NCBI GenBank assembly: GCA_002633005.1
Contig: NMRA01000675.1
Span: forward strand, 150,098-213,058
Direction of reading: 5' to 3'
DNA length: 62,961 nucleotides
Source of the DNA: Phoronis australis
Lineage: Eukaryota > Animalia > Phoronida
Shown here piece after piece: positions 1 to 62,961 of this stretch. Positions within the stretch are counted from its first letter, which is position 1. The number at the start of each line of letters is the position of its first letter. The position numbers and the translations under genes are program-made. Under the pieces are notes generated by a model. That model ran no database searches. It was given only the letters and a program-made list of their open reading frames with translations, and had not been told where the DNA came from.

Positions 1-400
1 ACAACCCAGAGTGTATTTTGTCTGTCATAGGGGTTTTAGTGATCTGTGACATGTATTGAATCACATGGAATTGGTTTTGTGTGGTACCTCGAATGTATGT
101 GCTAGCTCATTTTTGGGGGGTCCTTTTTTGGTTTCTGCCGGACCCATTCCAGAGTGCAATTTGTCTGTCATGGGTCATTCGGTGTTCAGTGCGGTACTAT
201 TGTTCTTTTAAATCAGTTTTGGTTGGTACCTCGAATATCTAGTCTAGCTCATTTTTTGGGGTCTTTGTAAGGCCCCCAGGGATCACACCCAGAGTGCAGA
301 CAACGGCAGACGTCCATTTCTGTACATACTGTGGTGGACTTTAAATGCTCCCGTGGTCAGATGTTGGTACCTCGTTCATCTATGCTAAGTGCTCTGGGCT
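1..400. repeat. Degenerate tandem repeat, period about 142 bp, 3 copies visible
   Basis: CCAGAGTG and GGTACCTCG (about 83, 225, 366) recur at constant spacing. Confidence 0.7.
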
Positions 401-1384
401 GCCGGTCTAAACGTCACGCGACAACAACATGTATGTTCGTCCAGAGATTTTTCTCGTGTTGCCGATCATAGATGGCACGATGTAGCACAGATTTGTACTT
501 AAACCTGCTGTTAATCTCTACAACACGGGAACTTTACAATCTTAAGCACGCTATTTGGAAAACTTAAGGAGGATTTCAGGTAATTTTCTTGAGTCGAAAC
601 TGTATTTTAATTCAAGCATTCAAGTTGCAATATCGACGATTGCGAGGCAGTCAGTCGGCGAGTTTTCGCCCTAGGATTTCAGCACAATTTTCTATAAAAT
701 GATCGTAATTTAGCAGCAAAGTTTGATAGCAATGCACCACGGTTTTGTAGAAAGGGTTTCATATATTACAGATACGTCACAGAGCGTAAACATGATGAAT
801 TTTAGCTTCCGAATTCACCCGTTTTGGAGACCGGGTTTCAAGCGCCTTGGGTACAAGAAGCGCCCTCCCTGAAACGAATTTTTGTAAGCGCCCTGGGCGG
901 TTATTAGGGTGAATACGGTAGTAGACGGATTGTTAGGACTCATCCATTGATTGTCTTGACGGACTTATATTAAATAAAGAGCACATGAAACCAACACAAG
1001 CAACTTAAGAGTCATACTAGTGCAATAAACACTCGTCTTAACCCTAAAATTTAAAGTTTTTAGTTGTCAGTTACATTTAATTTAGATTGTAAATCAATGA
1101 CGGAATTATATAATTTTGTAATTCTGTTATTATGATTTTTCAGAAATACTTAATAAAAATGTTTGTTGGGTCAAAACTGGAACCCAATGAATGATATACA
1201 GCACGATATTTTTATCAGATATGTAAAACATTTAGTGTTACATGATCTAAACTTTTAGACAGACCCTACGGCAGATTTCATGCATTGTTTGTACAGCATC
1301 CGGTGACCAGAAAAAACAAATGGGAAAAAACTGTTGATTAAGCAGTGGATATTTTAAATCCCACCTAAATGGTATTGTGGCTAA

Positions 1385-1649
1385 GGTTTTGTAGGACCCT
1401 ATAAAATGGCCAAATTTGGCAAACTTCGGAACATCATCTCAGAATGGATTCACATGAAACTCTTGGATACAATGTTTTATGCACGATTCTTAAACAGCTG
1501 TTAGGAATTGTTTTAACAATGTACCACTTTTGGAAATTTTGCGACCTTTCTACTAATTCATAAAGTATATAATTTTACTGAGTTAAAAGATATACTTTTC
1601 TGGATATTATGTTAAATGCACAGACTCGTCAATAAGGTCCTACATAACC
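1385..1649. mobile_element. MITE with GGTTWTGTAGGACC TIRs, Kolobok-like; related ends near 7657, 38838, 41558
   Basis: ctaa|GGTTTTGTAGGACC ... GGTCCTACATAACC|ttaa; the same left end and internal sequence recur elsewhere in the window. Confidence 0.6.
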
Positions 1650-2153
1650 TTAAACGAAGTTTAAAGTGGCTGATCAAACTTGCTGCAAATAAATGTTGTG
1701 AGTTGGCGATTTTCACGGACATATTTTGCTTTAATTGCGCCGTTTAGGTTCAGTCACTAAGTAAATGCATTGGTCATTGAGAAAAATATATCTCCATGAA
1801 CTACCAGTTGCCCTCACAAAAAGGAACACACAAAGACCATTATATCGCTCTATACTAGCCTACTGCTACATTCTTGCAAACTCCCTACCTCATTCGATGC
1901 TTTCCACTCATTGACTCTTTATACTGTTGAGCTCCAGCGACATGAGTTTTGACAACACAACGACATCTGAAAACCCTAATTCTAAGATACATGACCGATA
2001 CGTTTACACAATTGTACAAAATAAATTAGATAGGCGAGCACTTGTTTTTCGTTCTGGCAGAAAGAGAAGAGACCAGTTGGCATCATAAACCCATACTCAG
2101 ACTGACATCCTACCTATACCCATACACCAATTGTCAACCTAGACCCATACTCA

Positions 2154-59231
<57,078 letters not shown>

Positions 59232-60199
59232 CTATGCAGATAAATATGCATATATTAATATTTTGAAGGAGTCAAAATTACAATAGAACCGTTTCATGAA
59301 AGATTAAAATAGGACTGTATGAAACAGGAGAGGGGATAATCATTAACTATTTTAACCACCTCACTAGCTTAGCCTAGATCAGAGAACTCTAGCCTTGGAA
59401 TGTCCACTCTCGCACGTAGCCTATGTATTCTATTATTAGAACTTGCGACCCCGAAACTAGTCGCGAGAGTTTGTAAAGACAATTTTCGGCTGCCTGTTCG
59501 ACTGAATTTTGATCGAGAGTTGTAGATATCAAACCAAGCCTTATTTCATTGCTTCATCTTCTTTTTAATATCACTGTTAGTCAAGCCAGACTCTTGAGCT
59601 ACGCTTCCATACAGTCTGCGATTTCTCGGCAAAATTAGTCAACAAATCCGCCAGTTACACTGGTCATTCTTCAAAAGCATGCACCGACCTGTAGGCCTGG
59701 AAGCCGGTAGTAGTTTGGTCTCTGATATCCTTCAAGCTCCATGCTTGGAGCGTCTTTCGACAACCAATCATAATACATACCAGGAGTTTTTCAACAAGAC
59801 ATTTTGGGTGTTAAAATCATGTTACAGTATTCTACAGAAAAAGCTACATTTTTGTTCGTTTCTGAGAAGTAGACCTATTGCTATCTGAACTATTTACCTA
59901 TACTCGTGAAATGAAATTTTATTTCCCGCTCGAATAAAAAGAAGAAACTGGCCGTTTCATGGGTTTTTACGGCATCCGCAATTTCCCATTCAACTATAAA
60001 ATAACAACAACAAAAACTCTGTCGGTATGTATTTGTGTGTCAAAGCGAACATTTCACCCTTAAGTTTTGGCTTAGACCCAGATGAACTGCATTATATCCT
60101 GAAGTCCCGCTTTTCGATCCAGATACTCTACTTGTTCATTCTTGAATGTTAACCTGACTACTATGCAACGCATGTTCAAAATAACATTGTCTCTTTTTA

Positions 60200-60420
60200 T
60201 GAATTATGTTTTTCTCCAGAGATCACTTTGTTGAGTAAAATAATAGTCGTAAAAATGTGTTCCAATGTTTCTTGTTTACGGTAATATGCATTGCATGTGT
60301 CAGGATCACTAAATTTTGCTTTTTGAAGAAAACTTATTTCTAAACTTTTACCGAAAGTCACACACTGCAACAAATGTGATGGACTATCCACAGTACATTT
60401 GAAAGTTACTTGATACATGA
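60200..60420 (-). mobile_element. Possible decayed non-LTR retrotransposon C-terminal zinc-knuckle remnant
   Basis: DPDTCNAYYRKQETLEHIF resembles the C..C...ET.EH.F motif; short and degenerate. Confidence 0.3.
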
Positions 60421-61239
60421 AGATGTTTGCCCATTTTCATATATCAGAAAACTTCAGTCTGCAAATTTCGGATACTGAGATACTTGGAGTAGCTTATCGA
60501 ATTTTCCGTAAATGTCACTGCATTCTAAATTCTTACTGAAGGATGTAATTGTACAAAACGCCACCAAAGGTCCCATTGATTGTAACATAAAAAGACATAT
60601 AATTTGAGATGAATGCCTGATTAAATTGTCCAGAGCAAGTGTGAGGGACCCGCATTCTAAAATCTCTGTCTCTATAGGGCAGAAGTCTTTTGAATCATTG
60701 AAATTAGTGTCCTACTGGTTTAACGTGTCATTTATACAAACTCTCTGGTTCATTTCCTTTTTTATGTTAGTATTACGAGCTGTAAGTTTTTGCATTTTGG
60801 CAACACTTTTGGTTTTTGAAATTACAAACTATTTTAAATCAGTCAGATATGCGAAACAATAATTACTTATGAGTTGCATTATTTATCTTTTACTTCTGCG
60901 ATATTCATCGAGAACTGGCAAAGAGCTTTCTATGACTCTTCTGCAATTCGGTAGAGAACGGTGGACTTGCGAAAAGTTTTAATGACAGTAAATTCCATAG
61001 CAAGTACACACACCGGAGCAAACCGTTGCAAACAACTCTCACGCATGCGCGGCGCAACCTGAGGAGCCGCGAGATCGGAGTTGGCATTCCAGGACTATTG
61101 TTCTATGCCTAGATGCATATTCTTAAGAAAAATCCTACACTGGGTGTAACTTCCATGACGGAATGCAAATGAACTTATTAAATGAATAATTTAGTTTACA
61201 AAAGAGTGTTTTCTTAACCTAGACTTTAAACAACAGCAA

Positions 61240-61770
61240 ACTCTTCTAGCTGTTCTTGCAAAAGTGTACCTCCTTAACTAATACACTAAGGAGGTATTTT
61301 CCCTCCAGAAGTGTTGCCTCATAGTCATTATATCGAGGAGGAATTCTTAAGACTGTTCTACCATGAATATATCACCTTAACAAATACACCAAGGAGGCTT
61401 TCTTAGAACTGTTCTACCAGGAATATATCATCTTAACTAATACACCAAGGAGGCTTTCTTAAGATTGTTCTACCAAGAATTTATTCACCTCAACTAATGA
61501 AACAAAGACACGTTCTGAGGAATGTTCTACCAGAAGTAAAACACATCAAATAATACAGCAACGAGGCTTTCTTAAGATTATTCTACCAGGAGTATATCAC
61601 CAAGAAGACTTTCTGAGGAATGTTCTACCAGAAGTGTAGCAATTAATACAGCAACGAGGCTTCCTTAAGAATGTTCTAGAAGAAGCGTACCACCTTAATT
61701 AATACATCATTGAGGCTTTCTGTAGAATGTATCGCCTTAACTAATACACCAAGGAGACTTTCTTAAAGTC
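61240..61770. repeat. Degenerate 56-57 bp minisatellite, about 9 copies
   Basis: TTAACTAATACACCAAGGAGGCTTTCTTAAGA.TGTTCTACCAG units. Confidence 0.85.
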
Positions 61771-61839
61771 CTTCTCTCACGCGTTGTTAACCCTTATTAC
61801 ATGGTTAGAAGATGTTATAAAAGTACCTACCCCATAACT

Positions 61840-62200
61840 GATACACGATCCGTACTCGAAAAGAGTTTAAATGAACGCGCCACTCACGATTCGCACCCGA
61901 GAAACACGGCCATTTTGAACTTGCCGCGAACCCGGAAGTACAATTCATTCAGAAACCCAGGCCGAGAAAACGCCGTCAGTGCGACTGGAGCAGTGCCTGT
62001 ACTGTTACCAGCCAGCAAACGGGGATAAAAAAATCGACAGCGCGCCTTAATTTTAATAAAATCAAACTACGGTCAATTTTATCGAATTTGCTGAAGAAAT
62101 GTGGCGAATAAATTTTGACAGAAATTATTTTGCCAGACTCGGGACCGCAGCCTATCGGACCAGGTGCGGATCGAGACCAGACACTGGCGAACGGTAAATG
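61840..62200. promoter_or_regulatory. CpG-richer, promoter-like segment
   Basis: ETS-type CCGGAAGT near 61932 and YY1-like AAAATGGCC (minus strand) at the candidate ATG; could instead be a transposon fragment. Confidence 0.25.
61888..61913 (-). CDS. Candidate short first coding exon (MAVFLGCES)
   Basis: caaaATGG start context, TC|gtgagt donor, phase 2 matching the acceptor at 59231; no homology support. Confidence 0.25.
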
Positions 62201-62961
62201 CATGCGGTTGCAAGCTGTTTTGTCGAAGTAAAATCATGGTCAAATGATAAATGCTGCATATATTCATTAAGGGTAGTTTCAGACACTTGCATGAAATTAC
62301 GGGCTGGTTAGTCCTGTGTCACACTGCCGCGGCAGACCTTAGTTAGCCTCAGTCACCAGCTACCAGTGAAGACTATAGTCAAATTACAGCTTGTTAGTAG
62401 GCCTATACAGCTTTGCGCAAAGACTACCCTTAGGCCTAACTGGTCGCTGGCCACAAACACAAAACACACGAAAATTGAACAAAGTTTCGTTTTTGTAGCA
62501 ACGTTTGTCAAAATGTATCAACGTTAAATCTTCACAAATTACAAAGTAGCCGATTGAACATGCCTTTCAGTTCAGCAAAAGTCGACATTGTAGGTGCCGC
62601 CAGAAATGAGACGAAGTCCAACGGGAATTGTGAGCACATTTATCACTTAATGAGTAACAACTGCGAGGCTGAAATTTGGTGAACACTGCTAAATCGTGCA
62701 GAATAGTAAGTAAAGATATGTCTAACTAAATTTCACCGTAATTTGTTGGCGAAAACAATTTACACAAAGTTTTATGCTCGTAACTCATCCCGCTGTCCTC
62801 CAATATGGCCGACGCGATCCAAACAAAGTGACCCAAATTTCGCCACAAAACTTGCAATAACTTTACAGTGCTTGCCCCGATTTTGATACTTTTCCGATCT
62901 TTACTGAGTAGAATGTACTACCTTTCCGATGATAGCAAAGTACTTTTTCAAAACGACGAAT

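Noticed and set aside
62271-62429. Short element with GGGTAGT...ACTACCC ends
   Set aside because: The inverted match is only about 9-10 bp and there is a single copy in the window; insufficient support.

Overview
Eukaryotic, AT-rich, intron-rich animal DNA; the repeat landscape suggests a marine invertebrate such as an echinoderm, but the taxon cannot be fixed from sequence alone. Almost the whole window is one minus-strand gene encoding a type II (DysF-less) ferlin of the otoferlin/FER1L4/FER1L6 class. I reconstructed 31 GT-AG exons (59231 down to 2155; 5043 nt, about 1680 codons) that splice into one phase-consistent reading frame covering C2C, FerA/FerB, C2D, C2DE, C2E and C2F. The terminal transmembrane exon was not found and probably lies left of the window. 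The N-terminus is either right of the window or begins at a candidate short exon at 61888-61913. Introns hold many MITE-like elements, two decayed CR1/L2-type LINE 3' ends, microsatellites and degenerate minisatellites. The most unusual signal is that several minisatellites are built from copies of the gene's own splice junctions (about 30 acceptor-like units before one exon, donor arrays after four others). Also notable are an 18-lysine insertion in C2F and a 1.2-kb direct duplication split by a single N, most likely an assembly artefact. Nearly all ORFs in the supplied track that do not overlap exons or LINE remnants look spurious. No CRISPR array, rRNA or tRNA gene was seen. All coordinates were read by hand.
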